The notes: generated from the sequence alone by a model not told the origin. Positions 38,441 to 51,050 are shown, counted from the stretch's first letter. The stretch is 64,000 nucleotides of DNA from Camelus dromedarius (GCF_036321535.1 NC_087437.1:33420001-33484000); one strand, 5' to 3'. Numbers and translations are program-made.

Positions 38441-40669
38441 AAGGGGAATGCAATCTTAATAATAACTTTTTGGTTGATGGGCTGTAGGTGAACTCAGGTT
38501 TGATTTGAAGCAAAAAACCATGCCACAAAGAAAAATGTTTATTGTTGTCATTTGGTTTAAAGAGCCCTGTGGCTCCATCTTTATTATGAGATATAGCCTT
38601 TAGAACACAAATATTTAGCAGCGCTTCTGTAAATTAAAATCTAGTTCCTCCTTAGGCTTATGATTTGAAGTCCAGTTTCTGAGCGAAGTGAGATAATTAA
38701 AAGGAAAACAGAAGTGGAAGGATGACAGATGCGGCCCGTAGCCTTGGTGAATGGAAAAGCCCCAGCTATTTGTCTTCTGCTCAGCGTAGACTGCAGATTT
38801 ATCATCAGGACAGCAAACATAGTCACGGGGAGGAGAAGAAAGAGAAGTCACATATAAACCTCGTGACAGCATCTGTCACAGAGAAGCAAATGGATGTTCT
38901 TATAGGGACATTCCATTTAACGAGTTGCTTTTTATTGTCATCTGAGTTGCTTTATGTTCATTTAATAAAGCAACACTGAGCTCAAAGATAGCTCTGCCCT
39001 TAAAACACTGACAATACGAAGGGGTAGTCTTGGTACTGGATATGATGGCTGAGATAGTAATTACATTATCGGTACCTGTCAGAAGCCGGGGCCACTGAGT
39101 GGCGGGGCTGGGTGGGAAAAGCACTTAGGGATGGAAGGCTCGCAACTCTAATTAACTACTGTCGACTCAATGATGTCTGACGGTATAAACTGTACTGACT
39201 CGGTGGAGCCTGAAGTAGTGTATGAGACAAATGGCTGTAATGGGGGGAAAAGTTGAAAACATTTATTTTTATATATTGAAAAATTAAGAGGTAGCGATAG
39301 TTTAAGAATAGATGTAAATATTTGACAGCACAAGCTTGCTAGGAACAGTGGAAAGTCAGATGACACTTGTAGTTAATATTGCTTTCCACGCCATACTTGG
39401 CTGCCAGGAGTAATTTTGTTATTATTTTCTTCTCCTTGTCTCCACCCTGAAGAAAAAGAAGAAATTAGTCAGAGGTTTGTGTACTTCAGATTGACACTGG
39501 TTAATTTTCGGACCTCATTTTTAAGAGTCGAGGAGTGGCTGACACAGGCCCTGTGTTCCCTGAATGCATTGGGTTTCCGGGTGGTCTTGCCATAGAAACA
39601 GGGCGCTATATTTTCTGGGTTCTTTGGTGTGTCAATAATTCTTTTGTATTTCTCACTTATCAGTAACACAGGTTTAATTTCACGCAAGACTTCTTGTTTC
39701 TAAGTGGTTTTAAGTACTTTCTTTGGACTAAATTCTCGGCTCCTTTGCACTCTCAGCCTGATGAAAGAGGAGCCAGGTTACTGGGGAGGAAACCATGGCC
39801 TCTGCTTGGCCTTTCTGTGCACCTGTAAGCAGAAGCCCGGGACGTCGAAGCTGCTCCTGGTTTCTCAAACTGCCCAGGAAACGATACCGCTTTATCTTGG
39901 CTTTGCCATCTCCTCTCTTTTTCTGCCTCCTCCTGCTCTGTTCCTGGAGCTTAGATGAAGGTGAAGAAATTTGGCAGTAGCATCAAGCAAGGACAGGTGG
40001 TCAGGTCTCCCAGCCCCCTTCATCCTCAAGGAAGAGCATCAGTGTGTAAGTGGCCAATTCAAACCAAGAAACAGGAGACTAGGATGTGTCAACTATAAAG
40101 GTCTTTAGAGTGTTGTCAACATTGCTTTGCTCCCTGGAGTCTGTAGAGCATAATTGTTTTTAAAAATTGAACAATATGATCCTCTTTCTACTCGAAATCT
40201 TACACAAAACATCAATACGAGCCTTCCCCACCTTCCCCTATGTAGCCTTGTTCCTTCCAGGGTCAAGCAGAGAGAGATGGGGTTTGGGGCCCCCACTCTC
40301 ATTAATCAGAGCAGCAAAGCCATCACCTGTTTTCTGTAGTGGCCTCACATGGAAGTTCTTATGTGAAAATGAGTTTTGTGGCTTAAAAATGCTTTAAAAC
40401 TCCTGTCCTCGAACAATGATATCCACATTTTTTTTTTAGAATTTTGCATCCCATTCAGTAAAAAACATTTTTGAGCATAATTTCAATATAAGCATATTTG
40501 TTTATACATACAGAACTTTACTAACATACACACATTTAAAAATGGCCAAAAAGTGGTTAAATTCATTAAAAATGTGGCTAAGTAGAATCTGTAATACTTT
40601 TTTCACTGCTCCTCCGTGGATCAGCTACGTACTTGCTACAGTGCTTGCCCTCGTCCACTTTGGAGACCA

Positions 40670-41060
40670 TTCCTGGAGTTACATTTATAGTAGGCTGGCT
40701 ATTGTGATAGAAACCTCAAACGCTTGGCGACTTAACATAAAAAACAGTTCTTCTTGTGTGTTGCTGTTCTGTTCCAGCGGGTGCAGGGCTCTGCCCCCTG
40801 GGTAGGGGACCTGTGCCTCTTCCTTTGTGTGGCTCTATCATTTTCCAGGAGCTCGTCCTCCTTCATGTTCTGCTGGAGGATGGGAAAAAAGCCAGCACAG
40901 TGAATGGTGGGGAGGGTTTTATGCAACACACCACTTCCCTGTTTCACTGGCCAGGACTTGGCCACATGGACTCATCTCATGGAGAGGATGCAAAATGTAC
41001 TCAGCTGTGGAATGAGGAGGAAAACAGGTTTGGTGAACATCTTCAACACTTCTACCACCA
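40670..41060 (-). mobile_element. Old MaLR LTR (MLT1I/J-like)
   Basis: cactggccaggacttggccacatgg..aggtttggtgaacatc. Confidence 0.55.
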
Positions 41061-41179
41061 GACAGATGCTGCACTGAAAGGGAGATTCTCTTCTGCCCAG
41101 TATCCCTGGACTAGAAATCTCACTTTTACGTTTAGTTTGTTGAAGGAGGCATTTAGAGAGGTAGGTCCATGCCTGTTTT

Positions 41180-41610
41180 TTAAGTAGGGATTATGTTCTG
41201 CTGATTGTGACAAAAACTGGAGTGGCTAACTAAAAAGGGGTTTATTTTTTCCACTTCATTAGAAGGACAAGAGGAGGCAGACCAGGGATGGTGGAGCTGC
41301 CTGAGGGAGCCATCAGCACCCAGGCTCTTTCCACCCTCCTTTCGGTGTTCTTATCTCTGGGATTTATACTCATTGTCCCCACATGGCTGATCTTTCTCCA
41401 GACAGTTTGTTTACTTTTAAAAAAGATGAAAGACGTAAAGCAAGAAACAAAATGCAGGTGTCAGCTGAGCCCCCATTTAGCAAGCCTCCAGAGGCCCCTC
41501 CTGGTAGACTTGGCTTGTATCTTCTTGTCTGTAACTGTGTCCCAGGACCAACATGCCCAGCCATTGCCGCAGAGGAGTCTGGGAAGACTCCTTTCTACTA
41601 CTTAGAAAGA
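41180..41610 (-). mobile_element. Old MaLR LTR (MLT1J/K-like)
   Basis: aggggtttattttttc..catcagcacccaggctctttcc..gaggagtctgggaa. Confidence 0.55.
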
Positions 41611-43849
41611 AGAGAAAAATTGCTGTCTGCAGCCATTTGAGAATTCAAAAATCTCAGTCTCTTTGTAAGTCCAGCCTGGTGAAAGGAGGCTGGTATGCTA
41701 CTAGGCTGAGTATATCACAGGCATAACTTATGATTTTCCTGGTTTTTTTTTTTTTTGTCTGAGTTCAAGTTGGTTGCTGAGCTCTCTTATAATTGGTGTT
41801 ATAAATTAAGCCATATTTGCTTGGAGACTGAAAATTTTTACATTGTGTATTTCCTCTTAGTTAACTATTTTATAGACCTTTTGAAACACACTTTTTAGTT
41901 AACAGGAGTGCAAGCACTTAAAGCTCAGTCTTGTATTGGTTATCAGATGCTCCTGAGGCAATTGACATGTGGCAGACAGCATCAGGGCACACTGGCTCTC
42001 CATGTTCTGAGTTGCTTAATATTGAACCCTACAATAGTCCAGTTCTTCGGGAAGCATGTGTTTGGCAATAGCTTATTTTCCACAGATGTCTTCTTGTTGC
42101 ACATTTAGATCATGTGCAGGACTAATAATGAAATGAAGAAATTTTTGCAACCCTTGACATTGCTACTTGGAGGCACTGTTTGATACGACTTTAGTGGCAG
42201 GGGAAAGCATGTCTCTTTTAAAGAACTGAGAATATGCTCCTTAGCAGGCTTTGAGAGATTTATGACCTTCCTCCCATTTTTTTTTCTTTCTTTGCCTTGG
42301 CTCCTAGGAAACTCAGAACCAATTTAGTGCTTATATGAATGATGTCTGATTTCAGATTCATGATTAAATTGTTTCTTTTTTTTCCCCTCTAAACAGCTTC
42401 TCATATCTTTTTATTCATTCTTAATGATCTGCTTTTGTATATGGATTTTTATCATAAGCTGCCTTTTGAAATACAGAGTAGAAATGACAAATAAATAACG
42501 TGAAAATAAATGAGGAAAATCCAGATTGTTTATTAATGTCCTGTTCTATCAAAGCCATTTCCTTTGGTAGGGAGTAATTTAGGCTGTCAGATTTGTCTTA
42601 AAGTCTTTCAATTGCAGAATGACACTTTCACTTTAGAAGTAAATAAATAAGCTACATTCTTCAATCTGTTCATCTGTCTGCATTTTAACTAGAGTTTAAA
42701 TCTTGAGGGGGGTTCGCATGAATGGGTAATTACCACTGAGATGAATGGTGATGATGTTTATTATGATGATGGTTTTTCCTTTATTTGAACTTTTAGAGGG
42801 AAGCAGCATTTATCTCAGTCAGTCATCCGATTTGGAAAGGTAAGGGCATGACATTCCCCCCTTCTTTCAAAACAGTAAATTTTAAATGTGACAGGCAGTA
42901 AGTGCGTTATACTCAAGGTAATATAGCAGTGGTGCTAATGGTAAATGTAATTGAAAGAAAGTAAGTCCCAGGTGAGAGGAGAGTTCACCCCAGTCCCCTG
43001 GAATACGTGTCCCTTTTACAGACCTCCCTGCAGATGTGCAGGGTTCTGGGCACTTGTACACCGTTGGCTTCTAGGATCTGTGTGGGGTGGTCAAGGGAAG
43101 CTGCTTTTCCTGGGGGTGGTGATGGTGAGTGGATTGGAGCTTGAATGAGTGGGCTGAGCTGTCCATAGACTTGCACTGGAGGTCCTTGGTGGCACAGGGT
43201 CGTTTGGGGGTGGGAATAGGAGGAGCAGGCTGGCTGGGGCCTAGACACCAGAGTTAAGGGCTGACTCTCCCCACATCGTTGCATTCAACTGCCAAACTCC
43301 AGACAGTCTGAGAAGTGTAAATTTTAATCTTCCATCCTCAGGTTCTTTTAAGAAACCTAAAAGGACATTGGTGACAGTGGTGAGTAGCGGGGTCCCGTTG
43401 AGGGCAGAGGTTGCCTGTCTTTGAGTTGTGGGGTGAGGAAGATCTTTAAGACACATGGAATTAGAAACTCAGTCTAGACTCTTGACTTGGGCCATAAGAA
43501 TGTTAGGAACAAGTCAGCCTAAAATGTTTCCTAGGTTCTACTGTACGAAGTCCAAACTCCTGCAGGTGACCTGTTGGGTCCTACACCACCGGGCACTCCA
43601 ATCTCTTTACACTCTTGCCTCATCCTTTCACTAACCCTGTGTCTCAGATCTGTCTTCTCTCAGTGTTTGACTTTCCCTAAATATCACTGCCTGCCATCTG
43701 AGTCCCCAAGACAGAAAGTTAAAGTCATGCTTCATCGTTCTGGCTCCCTGCCCTTTCATTTCCAGTTTGCAACTGGGTGCTCTGGAATCCTTCCACTTCT
43801 CGTATCTTTGTGATCACCTGTGTGGTGTGATTTGCCATCATATCCATAT

Positions 43850-44455
43850 CTATGTGGATTACTGCGGTAGCTTGACCTCCCCACATCTACTCTGACCCCA
43901 TCCAATCCCAACTCTATCCTGTGGCCAGGGTGATCTCTTTGAAACTGATATCGAATTGGATTTCTCCTTTCTTGAAAGTCTGCAGTGGCTACTATGGGTA
44001 AATACTAAAGGTGTGACCCACAGGCTCCACCTGGTCTGGCCCTGCCTACCTATCCAGCCTCCAATCATCTGCCCTCCTCCTCACTCTCTACCTGCTAGTC
44101 ATACTTCCCTTCTCACAGCTGCTTCCTTAATCATGTGTCCCCCAGGGCTCCATCCTTGAGCTGCCTGCTCAACTGCCACTTTCTCAGAGAAGTAAGCAGG
44201 TTCCCCTGCAACATGCCCTCATAGCACCACGTGACTTTTCATCATTGTGCTCTTCGCTGTTTGGAAGTGTATGTTCATTTGTGTGATTACTTTATTACAC
44301 AAATGAACATACATATTGCTTTATTCTGTAGGTCAGGGGATGTGTTTGTTTTTGCTCAACATAGTAGCCCCAGGGTCTAGCACGGTGCTTGGCACATAGC
44401 AAGTGCTAAAAACATCCATGCTTAAATGGATGAATGAATAAATGAATGAATGACT
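43850..44455 (+). mobile_element. L2 3' portion
   Basis: ggattactgcggtagc..tctagcacggtgcttggcacatagcaagtgct and (TGAA)n-like tail. Confidence 0.85.
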
Positions 44456-44509
44456 ATCCCAGTTTACTTTTCCATGAGGAAGCTGATATAAAAAGAATAT
44501 GACAATAGG

Positions 44510-45370
44510 AGTTGTTAATATTTACTATTTATTCTGTGCTGGACACCGTTCTAAATGCTTTGCATGTATTAACTTAAGATGTGCAACATATCTACAAAAT
44601 ACTTTCTACTATTATCCCCAATTTTACAGATCAGGAAACTGAGGCACAAAAAAGCAAAATACCCACTTTTTTAGCATGGGCTGCACATAGGGACTTCCTT
44701 CCAAAGAGTACATTGTGGAGAAGGGGAGAAAAACTGTACCTGTATAGTGGAGAAACCTGACAGACCCGACCTCAGCCAGGTGGTCAAGGTCAACAGTCAT
44801 CAACATCAGTAAGTCATACTGGTAGTATGTTCCCTTGGTGTGATGTGATGAAAATGGTGCTTTGCCACTGTGATCTTTCTCCCTAAAACACCAGCCAAAT
44901 CCCAACTGAGAAACATTCTACTAAATACCTGATTAGTCCTCCTCTAAACTGTCAAGGTCATTAAAAATATGGAAAGTCTGAACAAGTGTAACAGCTAAGA
45001 GGAACCTAAGGAGACATGGAGACTAAATGTAGCGTAACGTCTTGGTTGGGATCCTGGAACAGAAACAGGACATTAGGTAGAAGCTAAGGCAGTCTGAATG
45101 AGGTATAGGTTTTCACTAATAAGAATGTATCAATATTGGTTTATTAATTGCATAAAATGAACTATACTAGTGTAGATAAGGAAAACTGGGTGCGAGGTAT
45201 ATGGGAACTCTCTGTTCTATATTTGAAATTTTTTGGTAGACCTAAAACTGTTCTAACATCTAAAGTTTATTTAAAAGAAAAGGTAAGGTCACAGAGCTGG
45301 CAGTGGACATAGCCAACACTCAGTCCCCTGTTACATGACCCTATTCCCTGCCCTTAACCTCTGCTCTACC
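44510..45370 (-). mobile_element. MIR split into two halves (44510-44650 and 45280-45370)
   Basis: attttacagatcaggaaactgaggcaca resumes at aaggtcacagagctggc. Confidence 0.8.
44655..45280 (+). mobile_element. Old L1 (L1MC-like) 3' UTR inserted into the MIR
   Basis: gtggagaaacctgacaga..gggatcctggaacagaaacaggacatt..atatgggaactctctg..taaagtttatttaaaa. Confidence 0.8.
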
Positions 45371-45799
45371 ATGTGAGGTGTTCCTTCAGGCTACCCTTGG
45401 AAGATAGAGCAGCACTCCTAATTCCAGGGTGCAGATTTGGCCCAGCCAGTCCAAATCTGGACCTGATTCATGGCAATAATGACACACACAGGAGACGATC
45501 TGGGGGACCTCCAGGTGTAGCAGAGCCACCGCTGTGCTGTGGGAACAATATTGTAATTAGGCTGGAGTAGGATAGGAGGCAGAGACTAATAAGAAGTGCG
45601 GGACTCATTACACTGGGCTGGTCTGATGCCACAACTATGGCAACTTCCCCAACAGCTTATGCTGAGAGAAAAGATGGGCTCATTGCTGATGCCTGCACAG
45701 CCCTTTCCTCAGTCTCCCTCTGTTGAAATCCCACCTATAAACTCTGACACCCCTGTCATCCATGAAACTATTCTGATCCTCCAGAAAAAAATTAACCGT

Positions 45800-46045
45800 G
45801 GCAGTGTGAAGTCAGCAGTGGAAAACATGGGTTTTAGAATAGATGGCATCCTGGCTCTGTCAGTCATGGTCATGTGACCTCAGGCCAGTTATTCAACCTC
45901 CTAGAGGCTCAGTTTGCTCCTCTAAGGAATAAGATAGAAATTCTTAGCTCTTAGGGTTGTTGTGAAGAATGAAAGTGAAAGGTGAATATGAAAGCACCTA
46001 GTTCAGTGCATTGCACATAATAGATACTAAGTAAGAATTAGTTCT
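45800..46045 (+). mobile_element. MIR SINE
   Basis: tgtgacctcaggccagttattcaacctc..agggttgttgtgaagaatgaa. Confidence 0.8.
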
Positions 46046-46478
46046 TCTTCCCAGTGTCCTCTTTATGGGGTCATAGCACATTTCTGATGTCATTATTAAG
46101 CACTGGTTTTAGTCTCCCCTATTAGTTACAAGCATGACTGTGTCCCTACAAGGCTACAAACTCCTTGAAGGGGAGAAACATTTTTGATTCATCTTTATAT
46201 TTCCAGTGCCTGAAACAGAGCAGGGTAGGTTCTGAACAAATGATCCATTTACATGAACTGAGTTGGCTTGAATTAAACAGAAGGCTGACTGTTTTTTAAG
46301 GGATGCTTACTTGTAAGGAATCTGATAGGATTGGATAAGCCCACCTGATGACTCCTGGGAGCTACCTGAGGCTTCCTTTCAACCTAGGTGAGAGTGTCTT
46401 GACCAACATGCATTTACTTCCATTGGTTGAGAAAGGACTTTGATCATCAACTGTTAAAAAAATGCTTCTAAACTAACA

Positions 46479-46519
46479 CCATAAATCAACTACACTTCGG
46501 TAAAAAAATAAAATAAAAT
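46479..46519 (+). mobile_element. Ultra-short L1 3'-tip insertion with 19-bp TSD
   Basis: ataaatcaactacacttc plus A-rich tail, between direct repeats aaatgcttctaa[a/g]ctaaca (46460-46478 and 46520-46538). Confidence 0.7.
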
Positions 46520-46989
46520 AAATGCTTCTAAGCTAACAGAGATCAGCTCCCCACTACCTTAATGTATGTATTTCTGCCTGGGCTGAAACTGCTTGGAAGG
46601 CAAAAAGCTAGGTCAAGACAAATACAGGTGATTAACAAAGGTGGGTTGGCCAGTGGTTGACGACCCCTGGCTGGAAGTCCTGGGCAGATTTGCTTGGCCA
46701 CTGACCACCCTGGGCACTGGTGCTGTGTTTTTGGCCCCTGTGTGACACAGATTAGAGGGCACAAGAGGTGAGGCAAATTGGCATGATGTTGACATGCCTC
46801 TGTTAAATTGGTAACAGGGAACTTCATGCAGTTAACAAACATGTTTTGAGTGCCTGTTGCTGGCACAGCATCATCATAGACAAGTGGATGTGATATTATC
46901 CAAGCCACGGTTCATCTGGAGCCAGTTACTGCTGTCTTCATTTATCCAGTGAGTGGACAGCATTTCTGTCCTACAGAGGGAATTGTGGG

Positions 46990-47160
46990 CTCTGAAGAGG
47001 ATACAGGCTTTAGGATTCTGGCTCCACTGACCAGCTGTGGGACCTTGGACCAGGAAGCTAGTCTCTCTGTGTCCCAGTTTATGACTGTATATTGTATCGA
47101 TTCTTGCAGTGAGCACTCCTAGCACAGTGCCTGGTATAAGAAAAGCTCTCAGGAAACTGT
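46990..47160 (+). mobile_element. MIR fragment
   Basis: ctggctccactgaccagctgtgggaccttgg..tagcacagtgcctgg. Confidence 0.75.
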
Positions 47161-48329
47161 AGTTGTTTTAAATCTTGGTAGTACTTATTCTTTTAGCCAT
47201 AAAACAATCTGTTTGTGTTTCAGGACTGAACTTCCCAGTTGTATATTATTCTCAGGGTGAACATCAATTTCACATGATCTGTTTTTATTAAGGGTTTAGA
47301 AATGGAAAGACTGATTGTTCTTGAATACAGAAGGAGTAGTACATTTAGTTGTGTTAGTCAAGAAGAGGGTGGCAATTAGAGAATTTTATCAAACCTATTA
47401 TCAGTAATTACAAAATATAGCTTGAACAATTATTATCAAAACTTGAAAGGAAAGTCGTATTATAGGTAGCATGCTTATTAACTCAGTGGGAATGACACTT
47501 AATTAAAAACCAGTGGGGGGCTGCCTTTGGGTTTTCTGTACAACGTGTACCAAAGATTTTGCTGCAATGCAGAAGTATAATAAATGCTTCTCATTTAATC
47601 TGGGAGTTCTGTAACTCCACAGTGCTTATTTATGTGATAAACGGTTACCATTGATCTCTCGTAAGTTATTACTGCTGTCTGTTTAAAAAGAGACTTCGGT
47701 TACTTTTATTATAGTGTATTTGAAAGGCTGTAGAGGGAAATATTGGAAATCATTGCTTCCTGGTTACCATCTTCATAAACCTGTAGGGCAACACTCAGAA
47801 AAAATTTTAATTTCATTTTGGCTGAATAAACCATAGTCTTAATGAGATGTTTCTGTTTTATTTTCAGGCAAAGGTATGTGTTAAAATTCATGGGACAAAA
47901 AACTGAGATTACCAGAGAATACAATCAAAAGAGAAATGTTGGAGCCAATGAATCTGTAATACATTATAGGACTGAAAATTAGTAATAACTGAGATTAGAA
48001 TTGGTTTTGGCTATGTCTGTATATGAGGCAGAGGCATGGATAGAAATCCAGACGTAATTTCAGCTGCTTCTGTGATTTCACCTGGTGTCGACTAGAATAT
48101 TCTTATCCGTCTGATAACAGAATGGAAGTCAGAAATACGTGTTTTTCCTCGTTTGTTATTTAGGAATACACAAGCAGAGTTCATAAATACTCTTCTAGAG
48201 ATGCCTGTTGGAATTTCCCTTCTCAAGTGTGAGTTTTATCCGCACACCCTGCAGTCTTTGCAGTGCTGGCACATTGATCCTTTGTTTCTAGACTTAATCC
48301 GTCTTTGTTAAGTCTTGCCTGGAAGTTCT

Positions 48330-48720
48330 CATCTTCCAGTCCACAAACATTCTGGTCTATCCTGCCTGCCAGTGTGGCCAGACCTCTTTCCCCAAAGCTC
48401 CACTCTGACCTTATCACTTTCCCCTAGTCCCCAAACACAAAAAAGACACTGTTCTTCCCACAAGGCCTTCAGAACAGACTTCCTCTTCATGATACAGCCC
48501 ATCTCACCTTTTTCTGCCTATCTGGCCCAAGCTCCTCACCGACTCCTCCATGTTCTATCCACACGGGGTTTCCTTTGTTTCCTGAACACACGTGTCCTTT
48601 CCTTTTCTGCCTCTGTGCCTTTAGTCCTCCTGCTCCTTCAGCCTGGAATATCTTCTTTCTTAACCCCATCTCCATTTGCTTATGCTCTAGCTATTTGTAA
48701 AATCAACTCACATGTTCAAC
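48330..48720 (+). mobile_element. L2 fragment
   Basis: Pyrimidine-rich; tttcctgaacacac..ctgtgcctt..ttcagcctggaat. Confidence 0.6.
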
Positions 48721-48829
48721 AGCCCTTTTCTTTTTCACTATAATTAGAAAAATCACTAGAACAACATTGCTGATAATTTGGAAAATAGAGAAGAAAAATT
48801 TACAACAAAGTCTATGATATAACTATTAA

Positions 48830-49295
48830 TATTTCCATTTACAATTTTGAGAGAGTTGTAGATTCTCATGCGGTACTAAGAAATAATGCACAGAGATCTC
48901 ATATGCCCCTCACACACTTCCCCCCAGTGGTAACATCTTACGTAACTATAGTTCAGTATTACAACCAGGAAACTGACTCTGCTACAATCCACTGACCCTG
49001 TTAGGATTTTACCAGTTTCACATGCTCTCATTTGAATGTGTGTATCTGTGTGCACGTGTGTGCACTCACATGTGTGTTTAGTTCTATGTACTGCTAACAC
49101 ATGTATAGATCGGCGTGACCACCGCCAGAGTCAAGACATGGAACAGTTCCACCATCAGGATCCCTGGTGTTGCCCTTCCACAGCCACAGCCACCTCCGTC
49201 CCATGCCCCTCCCTAGCCTCTGGGAGCCACTAATCTGCTCAGCAGCTCTGAAATGATTTTGTCATTTCAAGAACGTTGTGTAATGGAGTCATACG
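48830..49295 (-). mobile_element. Old L1 (L1MC/MD-like) 3' UTR
   Basis: gttgtagattctcatgc..aagaaataatgcacagagatctc..tggtaacatctt; reverse-homologous to the end of the 19375 element. Confidence 0.85.
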
Positions 49296-50334
49296 GTAAA
49301 CAGAAACCTTTAATGGGAATTTTTCAGTTGTTTGCTGGGAAGTTTTGTGATGTAAGCATCCCCTTGGTCTTCCTCGTGACATCTTCCAGACAGTCTGTGT
49401 TGCTCACGGTTCCCTTTACAACTGAGGCCCTGCGTAAACTGTGTGTGAGAGAATGCAAATTCCTGGGAATTAGCAAAAGTTCTAGGGAGAGCTTTGACTT
49501 TCAAAGACCACAGATTTGGTGGCTCTTTGAATCCATGATACCTGGGTCTCTGAGAGGCAAGAGGGGTACAGATGGCACTGTATCAAGTGTATCCTGGCAA
49601 CGCCGCTTGCTAGCTATGTAAGCTCAGCTTCCTCACCCGTAAAATGGGGATGATAGCAATGTCAGCCTCCTAGCGTTGAGGAGAGGATGAAATATATATG
49701 TTGTGTACCTTCTCTGGCACAGAGTTTGAAATAAAGTAGCTCCTCAGGTGTAGACTTGATCAACAGTGATTGCAATCCCTTGCTCCTAAAGGGCTAGAGA
49801 ATAGGAAATAGTTTTGCCTCACACCTTTAAGTCATATAGTCTACAGCTTTACTGGGTGATCGTTTTTAGAAGGCGCACCATTCAAATAGCAGCACTCAGT
49901 TGGCCAGATGTTTATTTTTATCTTGTTTATATATTTTTAGGGAAAAATAAAATTTAGGCTAATGATGAATGACATAGGCATATTTAAAGATTATCATAAT
50001 AAATACCTATTAGTGCCTTTCTCATTTTAATGTTCACAAATTATTGATCAGCACTTGATCTCTTCTATTTTGCTGGTTTATGTGTCAGGTGGCCCCCACC
50101 CTCTATTGCTTGTTTTCTCCTTTTTGATCAAAGCCATTCATTATCGCCTACCTTTTAGAAGAAAAGTGTTAATTGCTTCTTTGATCCTTAGCTCCTTCAT
50201 CTGTAAAACAGAACTCAAATCTGACTTTCTTACTGCTCAGGCTTATTCTAGGGAACAAATACAGTCAGGTATGTGAAAGAATTGGTAAATAGCAAAGGGC
50301 TTGCCAATGTGAAGTATCATGAGAGTCCTATAGA

Positions 50335-51050
50335 GGAGTGAGCACGTACTTGGTGCCAGACAGTCCTGGGCTCACATCCCAGCTCAGCTACCTTGTGCTG
50401 GAAGTATGACCTGGAACAAGTGACTTAGCTACTGAGAGCCTCAGTTTTCTGACCTGTCGAACAAGAATGCCATTACATATAACATGTCTGTCTTAGGGTT
50501 GTGTCCTGGCTATTTTCCAAGCCTCTTTCCTTCCTGCCCCAGTCCCTTCTCTGCTTTTCTTTGTGCCCTGGGTGTCTGATCTTGATGAATGCATCACCCA
50601 GGCTACCTTGTCAGTTGGCCACCAGTTGAATTGGCCAGTAGGAGGCACTGGCAGATCAGTTGGTGATAGGAAAGAGAGGCTGGGCATTTCTTTGCTCTCT
50701 CCTGTTTCAGTGCCTCGTCTTTGGCAAGGAGTGTGTCCCTCCTGTATCTCAGCTGCCTGGACCGCCCCTCCCTGACAGTTCCAGTTCTCACTGGGCTCCA
50801 GGAATGCTGCCTTTTCCTAGGGGGTGCTGACTGCCACCTACTGTTGCTAGTCTCTGGGTGCCTTGCTGCCCCTCATTGGCTCCCTTAATCCTGTCTGCAC
50901 CTCTGTACCCTTCACTGAGGTCTGTTCCTTTGAACCAGCTGTGCTGATTATTATTCCTGCTGAGATCCCAGCTGGTACAGGTGGGAAGGGATTACATTTA
51001 AACATAAATGAATGTTATTTAGCCTTGGATCTGGCACACAAACAGGGGTT
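50335..51050 (+). mobile_element. MIR split by an LTR (halves about 50335-50480 and 50980-51050)
   Basis: tgacctggaacaagtgacttagc..gagcctcagttttct; resumes gggattacatt..ctggcacacaaa. Confidence 0.7.
50489..50979. mobile_element. ERVL solo LTR (LTR33-like)
   Basis: TG..CA ends; ctactgttgctagtctctgggtgc..ttcctgctgagatcccagctggtaca resembles LTR33. Confidence 0.7.

Noticed and set aside
39469..39687. 72-aa minus-strand ORF with protein-like composition
   Set aside because: TTG start, bounded by stops, no recognisable homology.
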